Part shown: positions 10,279-24,118 of the stretch, one piece after another | Position numbering within the stretch: the stretch's first letter is position 1 | Layout of the letters: every line of letters starts with the position of its first letter | From: Roseivivax sp. | GTDB taxonomy: Bacteria > Pseudomonadota > Alphaproteobacteria > Rhodobacterales > Rhodobacteraceae | DNA: 64,000 bases | Assembly (NCBI GenBank): GCA_038138625.1 | Contig: JAYQEA010000003.1 | Coordinates: 14,269-78,268, forward strand | Reading direction: 5' to 3' | Made by a program: the position numbers and the translations under genes | The notes under the pieces: model-generated | Seen by the model: the letters and a program-made list of their open reading frames with translations, nothing else | The model's database searches: none | What the model was told of the DNA's origin: nothing

Positions 10279-10727
10279 GGTCATGCTCCTGCATAAAATA
10301 GTGCTGAAACAGTGGCACGCGATGCGGATATCGGAAAGAGACAATCTGCATCTGACGCGCAGGATTGTGATGTGACTGACAAACATAGGCTCCACAATGT
10401 GACTTTTGACCCCTCCAGAGCCATGAAGATTATGATCTGTGAATTGGTGCAAAATTCCGTCTGGCGAGCAAATCTGCATCTGCCTGAAATTGTGCTGGAT
10501 ATATTTTCACCAAATGTACTATAGCCAAGATATTCGATCTGGCCGCTGCAGTCCTTTTTGATACACGCAGGTTGGCACCCGGTGATCCGGTCGACAAACG
10601 GGCGGAGACAGAGGGGCTCGTGGCAAAGACCGATACAGCAGGATCGTTGCGGAACAAAGTGCCATCCACGTATTTCGCAAACAGCACTGGTTAAATATAC
10701 GCACTTTGAAATTTGTGAGAATTCTAA

Positions 10728-13746
<3,019 letters not shown>

Positions 13747-14252
13747 TCAACCAACGTGTTCACTCACGTGCAGGATGCGCCATCGGTGCAACTTGGGCAA
13801 TCCTTGGATCGGCAATTTTGACACCAAGCCTCATGTATTTCTGGCGGCTAGGGTTTTGAAACGAGGTTTCCGTACAGCACTGACGCTTTGCGGTCCCTTG
13901 ATGCGGCTATTTTCATATATGGGAAAAACGTGGGGCATAGGGACCGGCGATGAAACAGATTTTGGTTTGGACATGCGGCTTGACTGCGAGCGTTCATTGA
14001 CCCCGCCCTAACATCTGCGGGACGCGGTCTTAGGTCCGCCATCGATAGCGGATATACGATTGGCCTCCACATAACTCTAAATAGAACTGAGTGAGTATGT
14101 TGGAAAGAAATTCTGACGGGATGGTTGTAGGCTACATTTTGAAGCAGTGTGTTGCCCGGAAAAGAGAGTATCGCGTATGCCAAGATCACTGGTGCGCAAC
14201 ATCATGAGGCCGCCCTGTCGCGAACACAACTTGGAATATTGGAGAATTACGA

Positions 14253-14996
14253 GTGGCCGATTACAGCCTCAATAGGCGCACTTTAATGTCACTCCTCCCC
14301 GTTAGTGTTTTCGGTTTGGCAAGCTGCGCCTCTGGTCAATCGTCATATGATCCACGCTTAGAAACAGACGCGCAGTTTCAAGCAATGGTGTTACGCAGGA
14401 TGCCCGACTATCGCTTAACATCCTCTATCACCGGGCGCGCTGTGGTGCGTTCGCCGGGATACGCGCTTATGGGTGTCAGGCGTGCTGATAGCCCTCAGAC
14501 TATTATCCGCGACTTCTTGGCTCAGTTTGAAAACACTGGACTGCGCGCAGTTGACCTTTATTTCGACCAAATCACTAGGCATGGCGATGCGTGGCGTGTG
14601 AGATTTCCAGGGTGTAGTTCGGGGGGATGTGTAAATGTTGCGCAGAATTTAGCCTTGGAGCAAGTTTCAGAAGAAGTGCATAATCGGTACCGTGCGGATC
14701 GAACCTCACTCGGGTTTAAAAAGCACGTGATAGCTGAAGCGACCCTTTCAGAGGTCGCTTACCAGGCTGAAGTATCTGTGGGTTATGACTATCGGGGCCG
14801 GGTTATTGGTTATCGAGTGAGAACCAACCGCGCGCCGATAAATGACGCGGAACGTGAATGGGTAAGGCGCAATGCCAGATCACGATTTTCTCATCCGGTT
14901 AATGTATTTCAATATTCACATAATCTCGCGCTTGGTGTGAGCGAATTTTATGATGACGGGCCTAGCATCGGTGGCAACAGTTCAAGGGGATTGTAA
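14253..14996 (+). CDS. hypothetical lipoprotein (possible Tat-type signal)
   Basis: The GTG start has GGAGA 8 nt upstream. The N-terminus MADYSLNRRTLMSLLPVSVFGLASCASG has a twin-Arg and the lipobox L-A-S-C. Third codon positions are AT-rich, unlike the neighbouring genes. I recognise no family. Confidence 0.55.
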   Translation: MADYSLNRRTLMSLLPVSVFGLASCASGQSSYDPRLETDAQFQAMVLRRMPDYRLTSSITGRAVVRSPGYALMGVRRADSPQTIIRDFLAQFENTGLRAVDLYFDQITRHGDAWRVRFPGCSSGGCVNVAQNLALEQVSEEVHNRYRADRTSLGFKKHVIAEATLSEVAYQAEVSVGYDYRGRVIGYRVRTNRAPINDAEREWVRRNARSRFSHPVNVFQYSHNLALGVSEFYDDGPSIGGNSSRGL

Positions 14997-14998
14997 TC

Positions 14999-15127
14999 AT
15001 GAGTTTTTGGGGTGGGGTATCCGATGCAATCAGCTCAGTCGCCGAAAGTATCGGAAATGCGATAAGTTCGATAGCGGAAGGAATCGGCAATGCAATTAGC
15101 GGTATTGAAAACTGGACGTCCAATTAA
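14999..15127 (+). CDS. 42-aa anionic micro-protein built from three 11-residue repeats
   Basis: The ATG lies 2 nt after the lipoprotein stop, with AAGGGGA 8 nt upstream. The product is MSFWGGVSDAISSVAESIGNAISSIAEGIGNAISGIENWTSN. Repeat units ESIGNAISSIA and EGIGNAISGIE share 8 of 11 residues, and 5 of those 8 are encoded by different synonymous codons. That pattern argues for selection on the protein. Confidence 0.45.
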   Translation: MSFWGGVSDAISSVAESIGNAISSIAEGIGNAISGIENWTSN

Positions 15128-15130
15128 TTT

Positions 15131-15274
15131 ATGGAACCGATGGGTAATACCCACGCAAGAATGATTGAAAAATTGTACTCCCAGAGCGTATCCCGAGGCA
15201 CTCTTATAATAAATCTACCAACAGGTGTTTTGTTATGCCTTGGCCTAATTGGGAACGCGTCCGAAGACGAATAA
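15131..15274 (+). CDS. 47-aa micro-ORF with one hydrophobic segment (speculative)
   Basis: The ATG lies 3 nt after the previous stop. The product is MEPMGNTHARMIEKLYSQSVSRGTLIINLPTGVLLCLGLIGNASEDE. There is no clear SD. The call rests only on the tight spacing and the TM-like stretch. Confidence 0.25.
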   Translation: MEPMGNTHARMIEKLYSQSVSRGTLIINLPTGVLLCLGLIGNASEDE

Positions 15275-15391
15275 TGAAACAGAATTCATTCCCGCAATGT
15301 CGCCAATCAATCTGTCACACAGGCAAAATTGCAGATTACATCCATTGAATGGAGTAACCCGTACCCATCACGACGATTCATTCAGCGGCTC

Positions 15392-17061
<1,670 letters not shown>

Positions 17062-17065
<4 letters not shown>

Positions 17066-17319
17066 TCGAGACACGCGATACGCGGCTGCGACGACTAAGA
17101 ATGCGATCCATGCGGCGCGGTATAAAGGAAATGGATATTATCTTGTCGACCTATGCGGCGGTCCGGCTTGATAAGATGACCGAAGAAGAACTGGTCGCCT
17201 ACGATGCGTTGCTGTCCGAAAACGATCAGGATTTGTATCAGTGGGTGTCCGGGCAGCGGTCTGCCCCAGACGACGTGATTAAGATAATCAAAGATATCGC
17301 AAAAACGGTAGAAAAATAA
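17062..17319 (+). CDS. sdhE: succinate dehydrogenase assembly factor 2 / FAD assembly factor SdhE
   Basis: The 85-aa ORF reads RLRMRSMRRGIKEMDIILSTYA...EEELVAYDALLSENDQDLYQWVSGQ, the Sdh5/DUF339 pattern. Confidence 0.8.
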
Positions 17320-17408
17320 ACAGCATTTTAGTCAGCTGCGTATCGCTTAACCGGTTGTTTCGTTTTTTTGCAGAAGTTGCATCAAAGCGAAACTTTACGG
17401 AGATACGA

Positions 17409-17906
17409 ATGAGCATACACACCCCCCTAGGTCAATCTACCCATCATGGGTTCATGGCTGGATATCTAGACAGCCTCGCGCTGGTTGAGCGGTTGCACCG
17501 ATTGTTACTTGACGTGATCAAAGACGAATTTGAGCGGGTTGGGATCATCGATATCAACGCTGTGCAGGCCCTGTTGCTGTTTAATGTAAGTGACAATGAA
17601 GTCACGGCAGGCGAACTGAAAACGCGCGGCTACTACCAAGGCTCTAACGTTAGCTACAATCTCAAAAAACTTGTTGATATGGGCTACATGCATCATCAGC
17701 GATGCGAAATTGATCGCCGGTCCGTCCGGGTGCGCTTGACCGAAAAAGGGCGCAACATCCGTGACATTGTCGATTCGTTATTCCAACGTCACGCCAATGG
17801 CATCGAAACCCGCGGTGTTCTGGATACCGACGGATTGGATAGTATTGCCGGATCGCTGCGCCGTCTTGAACGATACTGGACAGAACAAATCCGCTATATT
17901 TACTAA
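17409..17906 (+). CDS. MarR-family winged-helix transcriptional regulator
   Basis: GGAGA lies upstream of the ATG at 17409. The winged-helix core reads VTAGELKTRGYYQGSNVSYNLKKLVDMGYMHHQRCEIDRRSVRVRLTEKG. Confidence 0.7.
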   Translation: MSIHTPLGQSTHHGFMAGYLDSLALVERLHRLLLDVIKDEFERVGIIDINAVQALLLFNVSDNEVTAGELKTRGYYQGSNVSYNLKKLVDMGYMHHQRCEIDRRSVRVRLTEKGRNIRDIVDSLFQRHANGIETRGVLDTDGLDSIAGSLRRLERYWTEQIRYIY

Positions 17907-18109
17907 TGCGTACTTGATACGCCTTGGGACAAGAACTGTCCCGTTACAATAAGATCAAGACCCAAGTAAGATCCGACCCCCCCTTACCGTTGAGCATATT
18001 AAGGGTCTAAAACCTGCGGTATAAAGACAGCGATTAGGCAACCGATGCCTTTCGTCTTGCATACTCGACCAAGAGTCCCCCAAAATTGTAAGTGGTGCCC
18101 CGCTTGGTT

Positions 18110-18811
18110 TCAGCGCGCGCCGATCAGCAGCCCGCCGATTTCGCGCAATAACTTGCGTCGCATGGCTGCCTCATACCCCTCATACCCTACTGCGGTTTCA
18201 ACAAATGCACCAAGACCATGTTGGACCTCGTCAACATAGTAGTCCACGACCTTTGGATCGGCACCAAGTACAGCCAAACCGTTTACCGTAACGCCGTCAA
18301 ACGGAAAGTGGCGATATGCATGACGCGGCTCAAAGCCATCGTTACCGATCCCATCCCCTGAAACGTCAATGACCCGTCGCTTGCACGGCGGCGCGCTTTG
18401 CAACAGCACGGCACCCTGTCCAAGCGCAGGTCCAATCGCGGTCGGGAATGTATCATAACTTCGGGTGGTCATCCGAAGTTGATCCGCAGCAGCCTTAATA
18501 GCCACGTCATCCACCAACAGCGTCCAGTCCAGAATCATCACTATCTGGTTTTGACCACTCCACTCGTAAGCCGCCAACGCTACGGGGTGCGCGCCGTCAC
18601 TCAGGATGGATCGCGTCACCTCCGGGGCTTCCAGTGCAGCGGCCAGCCCATCCCTTTGAAGAATATACTCCTCGGCATCTACCGAGGATGACACGTCCAA
18701 AGCCAAGAGCAACGCCAGATCGCAATCCGCAGCCGCAGAGCTGCACAGCCCGACCGCAAGAAAAGCCGCGCGCAGTGTTACCAATGGCCCGTGTTTGGCA
18801 TCGAACTCCAT
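18110..18811 (-). CDS. DUF1194 (vWA-like) domain protein, secreted
   Basis: A signal-like N-terminus is followed by DLALLLALDVSSSVDAEEY (a vWA MIDAS-like motif) and DVSGDGIGNDG. The ATG at 18811 overlaps gloA by 34 nt. An alternative TTG start at 18784 (TTGGTAA overlap with the gloA stop) is plausible. Confidence 0.7.
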   Translation of the reverse strand: MEFDAKHGPLVTLRAAFLAVGLCSSAAADCDLALLLALDVSSSVDAEEYILQRDGLAAALEAPEVTRSILSDGAHPVALAAYEWSGQNQIVMILDWTLLVDDVAIKAAADQLRMTTRSYDTFPTAIGPALGQGAVLLQSAPPCKRRVIDVSGDGIGNDGFEPRHAYRHFPFDGVTVNGLAVLGADPKVVDYYVDEVQHGLGAFVETAVGYEGYEAAMRRKLLREIGGLLIGAR

Positions 18812-19206
18812 GGTTCGGACGGAGGCAGCGCATCACCTGCCTGCAAAAGCTCTATCGATACATTATCTGGCGAACGAACAAATGCCATATGACCGTCGCG
18901 GGGCGGGCGGTTGATGGTAACACCGTTGTCCATAAGCAACTGACACATGGCGTAAATATCATCCACAGCATAGGCAAGGTGGCCAAAGTGTCGACTGTCT
19001 GACGGAAGTCCGTCGTCGCCGTCCCAGTTATATGTCAATTCCAGCGGGCAGTCCTCTTGACCCTCAGGCGCCATGAAAATCAGCGTAAAACGTCCCTTTT
19101 CGCTGTCTGTCCTTCGCGTTTCGCGCAACCCGAGCAGAGCGTAGAAGGCCATCGAGGCCTCTAGGTCCTTAACGCGGACCATCGTATGTAGATAGCGCAG
19201 AGCCAT
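18778..19206 (-). CDS. gloA: lactoylglutathione lyase (glyoxalase I, VOC family)
   Basis: It reads MALRYLHTMVRVKDLEASMAFY...LELTYNWD...FGHLAYAVDDIY...DGHMAFVRSPDNVSIELLQ. Confidence 0.85.
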   Translation of the reverse strand: MALRYLHTMVRVKDLEASMAFYALLGLRETRRTDSEKGRFTLIFMAPEGQEDCPLELTYNWDGDDGLPSDSRHFGHLAYAVDDIYAMCQLLMDNGVTINRPPRDGHMAFVRSPDNVSIELLQAGDALPPSEPWSSMPNTGHW

Positions 19207-19410
19207 GATGTGATCCTTTTCATAATCTCAAGAGTTGCCACCTTAGCCGGTGACGGGCAGTTGTCGAGTATGATTATTGCCCGATGTCCTTGGTGTATCC
19301 GGTGCAACAGGTCAGCGCCTGAAAAGACAGAGCTGATCTACCCAACCCCATGAAAGGCGGATATGACAGGTCAGAACTGCAACCTGCTGCCACCACAAAG
19401 GACTGCCACC

Positions 19411-20316
19411 ATGCCCCTGACCCCAGAACAAGAGGCCGAGATATCGGCGTTACGCACCACGTCTCAGCCAACTTTGCGCGCGGTGTCTGTGGGGATGGAA
19501 GCGCATCTGTATAAAGCGCATCAGGTTTTGGACCACGGCTTTGTGCGCGTCATTGATTATATGGGCGATGATGCTGCGATTTGTCAGGCTGCGCGTGTAT
19601 CCTATGGCAAGGGGACCAAGTCTGTTCAGAACGACGAAGGCCTGATCCGGTATCTCATGCGGCACTGGCATTCTACCCCGTTCGAGATGTGCGAAGTCAA
19701 GCTGCACGTCAAACTGCCGGTCTTTGTTGCGCGGCAGTGGATCCGGCACCGGACAGCCAATGTGAACGAGTACTCGGCGCGGTATTCAATCCTGGACAGG
19801 GAGTTCTACATTCCCCAAGCTGATGCCTTGGCAGCGCAAAGTGTGGTCAACAATCAGGGCCGCGGTGAGGTGCTGCAGGGCGAAGAAGCTGCGCGTGTTC
19901 TACGCTATCTGCGTGATGATGCAATGACGGCCTATGATCATTACGAGGCTATGATTTCGCAAGATGGGCAGCAGGGGTTGGCACGTGAACTGGCGCGTAT
20001 GAACCTGCCTGCAAATATCTATACGCAATGGTATTGGAAGGTCGATCTACACAATCTGCTGCACTTCTTGCGCCTGCGCGCGGATGCCCATGCCCAGTAC
20101 GAAATCCGTGTCTACGCAGACGCCATCTGCGCGATCGTCGCGGATTGGGTGCCGTTTGCGTATAAAGCCTTCGAGGATTATCGCCTTGGTGGGGCCGTGC
20201 TGTCAGCAACCGCGCTAGAGGCCGTGCGGCGTATGCTGAAGGGCGAAGAGGTCACACAGGAAAATTCCGGCATGTCCAAAGGCGAATGGCGCGAATTTAT
20301 GGCGGCGCTAAAGTGA
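19411..20316 (+). CDS. thyX: FAD-dependent thymidylate synthase
   Basis: It carries the ThyX motif [15 protein letters not shown] (RHRxxSxxxxS) plus [11 protein letters not shown] prefer the ATG at 19411 (MPLTPEQ); the ORF opens at 19363. Confidence 0.9.
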   Translation: MPLTPEQEAEISALRTTSQPTLRAVSVGMEAHLYKAHQVLDHGFVRVIDYMGDDAAICQAARVSYGKGTKSVQNDEGLIRYLMRHWHSTPFEMCEVKLHVKLPVFVARQWIRHRTANVNEYSARYSILDREFYIPQADALAAQSVVNNQGRGEVLQGEEAARVLRYLRDDAMTAYDHYEAMISQDGQQGLARELARMNLPANIYTQWYWKVDLHNLLHFLRLRADAHAQYEIRVYADAICAIVADWVPFAYKAFEDYRLGGAVLSATALEAVRRMLKGEEVTQENSGMSKGEWREFMAALK

Positions 20317-21235
20317 ACAGTCGTGGCAGATCCGTCCGCATCTTTCTCGCAGAGGGTATTCCGACGGGGATCGTAACTGCCGAAGTCATGAATTGGACAG
20401 GCCATGTCTTGGCTGGGCCGCGGTCCCGTTTGGAAAGGCTTTCGCACGCTCGGAGTTGAAAAGGACAGGCGTCTATTTCATTTTTGGCGATGACGACACC
20501 GAGGGTGGTCAGCCCCTTCTTTATATTGGTGAAGGCGATGACATCTCAAAACGTCTGGCCAGCCATAACAAAGACAAAGATTTCTGGACCAGATTTATTG
20601 CCATAACGAGCAAAGATCTCAACCTGACCAAAGCACATGTGCGGTATCTCGAATCCCGGCTGATCGAAATCGCAGGTCATGCAAACAGGTCCGCATTGAT
20701 CAACAAGGATCGTCCGCAGTTTGACCTGTTACCCGAAGCAGATATCGCTGACATGGAAACCTTTTTAGAGGAAATTCAATTGGTCCTTCCGGTCCTTGGT
20801 GCGGATTTTCTAAAGGCAGTCTCTCACACTCAATCGATGTCATCTGACAGACGATCAGCGCAAAATGCGCAGGATGAGACCGGTCATGTGACATTTGTCC
20901 TGCAGGCCGAAAGATGGGGTATCGATGCAACCGCCCAAGAGGCTGAGGGAGAGTTTGTTATTTTGGCCGGATCGCATGGGTCGCTGAAAGAAAAGCCATC
21001 GTTTTATGGGCGTGCAAAGCAGCTGCGCGATCGATTGCTGAAGACGGGTGTGTTGCGCGTGACGTCAGACGATACCTTTGTCTGTCAGTCAGATATTGCG
21101 TTTTCCAGCCCGTCATCAGCGGCAAAGTTCTTGTGGGGGACATCACGCAACGGGCGCTCTGATTGGAAAGAATCCGTTACGACAGCATCTTACGCGGACT
21201 TTAAGGACAGCTTGCTGCCAAGCAATGAGGACTGA
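20313..21235 (+). pseudogene. GIY-YIG nuclease family protein with DUF4357-type C-terminus, interrupted by a 1-nt frameshift
   Basis: One frame (20313..20459) gives [41 protein letters not shown], then a stop. The frame of ORF 20393..21235 continues KAFARSELKRTGVYFIFGDD...LLYIGEGDDISKRLASHNKDKDFW...LTKAHVRYLESRLIEIA...SSPSSAAKFLWGTSRNGRSDWK. The two parts join seamlessly if one A is added to the A-run at 20434-20436. Confidence 0.6.
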
Positions 21236-21429
21236 TTTCGTCTCTCTGGCAGGCTGTCTTTCGATTGTATTTTTGGATCCTGATATTGACCTTTTGCTGT
21301 GCGTCAGGCGGCTTTGACGACGCGCCTATCAAAAGGAACCTATCGATTGCGGTGAATATTCTGTGCGACAAGGTCCTCAGTCTGTCGCACCCCATTGACC
21401 AATGCGCAAAACGGCCTCATATCCGCCGT

Positions 21430-23229
21430 ATGACTGATCTTTCTCGTATCCGAAATTTCTCGATCGTGGCGCACATTGACCACGGAAAATCCACGCTGGC
21501 GGACCGTCTGATCCAATCCACAAATACCGTGGCGGATCGCGACATGAAAGAGCAGCTGCTGGACAGTATGGATATTGAACGCGAACGCGGTATTACGATC
21601 AAGGCCAACACCGTTCGGATTGATTACCATGCGGCCGATGGTCATGATTATGTGTTGAACCTGATCGACACGCCCGGCCACGTGGATTTCGCCTACGAAG
21701 TAAGCCGTTCCATGCGGGCGGTCGAGGGATCTTTGCTGGTGGTTGACAGCACCCAAGGCGTTGAGGCGCAGACGCTGGCCAATGTGTATCAGGCCATAGA
21801 CGCAGATCACGATATTGTCCCTGTTTTGAACAAGATTGATCTGCCCGCCAGTGATTGCGACCGCGTTGCCGAACAGATCGAGGACGTCATCGGGATTGAT
21901 GCAAGCGATGCGGTTATGGTCTCTGCCAAGACCGGTATCGGAATTGATGAAACGCTCGAGGCCATCGTAACGCGGCTGCCGGCGCCGGATGGTTCTGTGG
22001 ATGCTCCCTTGAAAGCGATGCTGGTAGACAGCTGGTATGATGCCTATCTGGGGGTGGTGGTTCTGGTCCGCATAATGGACGGTGTTTTGAAAAAAGGACA
22101 GCGGATCCGCATGATGGCCACAAACGCCGTTTATCCCGTGGACCGCATTGGTGTTTTCCGTCCTGAAATGACATCGGTCGAGTCGCTCGGACCCGGCGAG
22201 ATCGGGTTTATTACAGCATCGATCAAACAGGTGCGTGATACCAAGGTTGGCGACACGATTACCCATGAAAAAAAGGGAGCCGAGACACCTTTGCCGGGTT
22301 TCCAGCCCTCTGTTCCGGTGGTCTTTTGCGGGCTATTCCCTGTAGACAGCTCAGAATTTGAAGATCTCAGGGATGCGATCGAAAAGCTGGCACTGAACGA
22401 TGCCTCTTTCAGCTACGAGATGGAGACTTCGGCCGCGCTGGGATTTGGCTTTCGGTGCGGTTTTCTGGGACTGCTGCACCTTGAGGTTATTCGCGACAGG
22501 ATCGAGCGGGAATACGGGATCGAGCTGATCACAACCGCACCAAGTGTGATCTACCACATCTTTATGAAAGATGGGGAAATGATCGAACTCCATAACCCTG
22601 CGGATATGCCTGATCCCAGCAAAATTGACCACATCGAAGAACCACGCATCAAGGCCACCATATTGGTGCCAGATGAGTTCTTGGGGGATGTACTTAAGCT
22701 TTGCCAAGATCGCCGAGGATTGCAGGAGGATCTGACCTACGCAGGATCTCGGGCCATGGTGGTCTATGATTTGCCCCTGAACGAGGTCGTTTTTGATTTC
22801 TACGATCGTCTGAAATCAGTGACCAAAGGGTACGCTTCGTTTGACTATCAGATGACCGGATACCGTGAAGACAATCTGGTGAAAATGTCCATTTTGGTAA
22901 ATGACGAGCCCGTCGATGCGCTTTCGACTATGGTGCATCGGGATCGCGCTGACATGCGTGGTCGGGCGATGTGTGAAAAGTTGAAGGATCTGATTCCGCG
23001 GCACATGTTTAAAATTCCGATACAAGCAGCTATTGGTGGCAAGGTGATTGCACGCGAAACGCTCAGCGCGTTGCGCAAGGATGTGACTGCCAAATGTTAC
23101 GGTGGTGATGCGTCTCGGAAAAAGAAACTCTTGGAAAAGCAGAAAGCGGGCAAAAAGAAGATGCGCCAGTTTGGACGCGTCGATATCCCGCAAGAGGCGT
23201 TTATTTCGGCACTAAAGATGGACAACTGA
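21430..23229 (+). CDS. lepA: translation elongation factor 4
   Basis: It reads [40 protein letters not shown], and has a LepA C-terminal domain. The upstream ORF extension is spurious. Confidence 0.95.
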   Translation: MTDLSRIRNFSIVAHIDHGKSTLADRLIQSTNTVADRDMKEQLLDSMDIERERGITIKANTVRIDYHAADGHDYVLNLIDTPGHVDFAYEVSRSMRAVEGSLLVVDSTQGVEAQTLANVYQAIDADHDIVPVLNKIDLPASDCDRVAEQIEDVIGIDASDAVMVSAKTGIGIDETLEAIVTRLPAPDGSVDAPLKAMLVDSWYDAYLGVVVLVRIMDGVLKKGQRIRMMATNAVYPVDRIGVFRPEMTSVESLGPGEIGFITASIKQVRDTKVGDTITHEKKGAETPLPGFQPSVPVVFCGLFPVDSSEFEDLRDAIEKLALNDASFSYEMETSAALGFGFRCGFLGLLHLEVIRDRIEREYGIELITTAPSVIYHIFMKDGEMIELHNPADMPDPSKIDHIEEPRIKATILVPDEFLGDVLKLCQDRRGLQEDLTYAGSRAMVVYDLPLNEVVFDFYDRLKSVTKGYASFDYQMTGYREDNLVKMSILVNDEPVDALSTMVHRDRADMRGRAMCEKLKDLIPRHMFKIPIQAAIGGKVIARETLSALRKDVTAKCYGGDASRKKKLLEKQKAGKKKMRQFGRVDIPQEAFISALKMDN

Positions 23230-23341
23230 TCTGATAAAACAGCGTGGCCCGACCATGCTTGTTTTAGCGGATCAAACATCCGGTCGGGACAGGCTGGCAA
23301 CGCCATCTCGGAAATTTTACAGCCCTTGACAGTGCAGACGG

Positions 23342-24118
23342 CTATATGTCGGCCAGCAAAATTCTTATGTGACCAGGGGCAATAGACGCTTTGTCTTGCA
23401 CGGACTGCGCTATGGTGGTTGAAAAATCCACCACAGGAAAGGCTTGTGTTAAGCCTTTTGCAAGGGCTGCCTCCAGCGCTATCGCGTCGGCAAGCGTCTT
23501 GTCCTGTTCATGGAAATACCAGACGCTGCTGGAAGCATGCAGCGGCGCGCCCATTTCGATTGCGGCTACTCCATTGCGCAGGTTCCATCCGGAAAAACTA
23601 AGCGATCTCATAATGCCTGCGGCCTTGTCGGCACTAACGGAACCGTATCGCAATACAATCACATCAGAACGTTGTTTTTCAGCTGGTGTCGGTGTGGTTT
23701 GGGTCAGACGATTGGTGCAGTAGGTTGGCAAAATATCACACACGGGCGCAGGTTTCATGCCAAGTACCATACTTTGCGTGACGCTTGAAAGGCTGCCTGT
23801 TGCATATAAAAACCCAAACGTCGCAGCACTGAATGCCGCTGCGGTGACGGTCGAGCTTACTACGATTGAGAGCGCATGATCCTGCATGTATTTTTCAACC
23901 CACAGGGCCACAAAACCGATACCAGCGACCGCCGTGACAATGCACAGGGCAATGATAGAGGCGACGGCCAAGCCGTTGAAGAAAAAATCAATAAAGCCAA
24001 TCAGTGCACAAATGGTGGCCCCGAAAAGAAGCGTCGGCTCCGCATCACGAACATTTCTCAAGAAATGAGACGTCTGTGATTTTTGCACCGTTAAGAAATC
24101 CGCATCGCGGTCCGTCAT
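23342..24118 (-). CDS. hypothetical membrane protein (3 TM segments plus a C-terminal domain, possibly LytR_C-like)
   Basis: The 258-aa ORF has three clear hydrophobic helices in the N-terminal half. The C-terminal stretch VIVLRYGSVSADKAAGIMRSLSFSGWNL...DKTLADAIALEAA...HIRILLADI resembles LytR_C-type domains, but that is recollection only. Composition is AT-leaning. Confidence 0.5.
   Translation of the reverse strand: MTDRDADFLTVQKSQTSHFLRNVRDAEPTLLFGATICALIGFIDFFFNGLAVASIIALCIVTAVAGIGFVALWVEKYMQDHALSIVVSSTVTAAAFSAATFGFLYATGSLSSVTQSMVLGMKPAPVCDILPTYCTNRLTQTTPTPAEKQRSDVIVLRYGSVSADKAAGIMRSLSFSGWNLRNGVAAIEMGAPLHASSSVWYFHEQDKTLADAIALEAALAKGLTQAFPVVDFSTTIAQSVQDKASIAPGHIRILLADI

Noticed and set aside
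18778-18811. 34-nt overlap between gloA and the DUF1194 gene as a possible unusual overlapping-gene arrangement.
   Set aside because: It is probably an annotation artefact. An in-frame TTG at 18784 overlaps the gloA stop (TTGGTAA), still yields a signal peptide, and reduces the overlap to a normal coupling junction.
21340-22266. 308-aa ORF antisense to lepA. Similar long antisense ORFs occur at 37342-38388 (348 aa, opposite GH43), 48987-49958 (323 aa, opposite the ceramidase-like gene and gatC), 6964-7593 and 30967-31515.
   Set aside because: They lie entirely inside well-supported genes on the other strand. Their products are Arg/His/Pro/Cys-rich and low in complexity. They are the usual shadow ORFs of GC-biased coding DNA.
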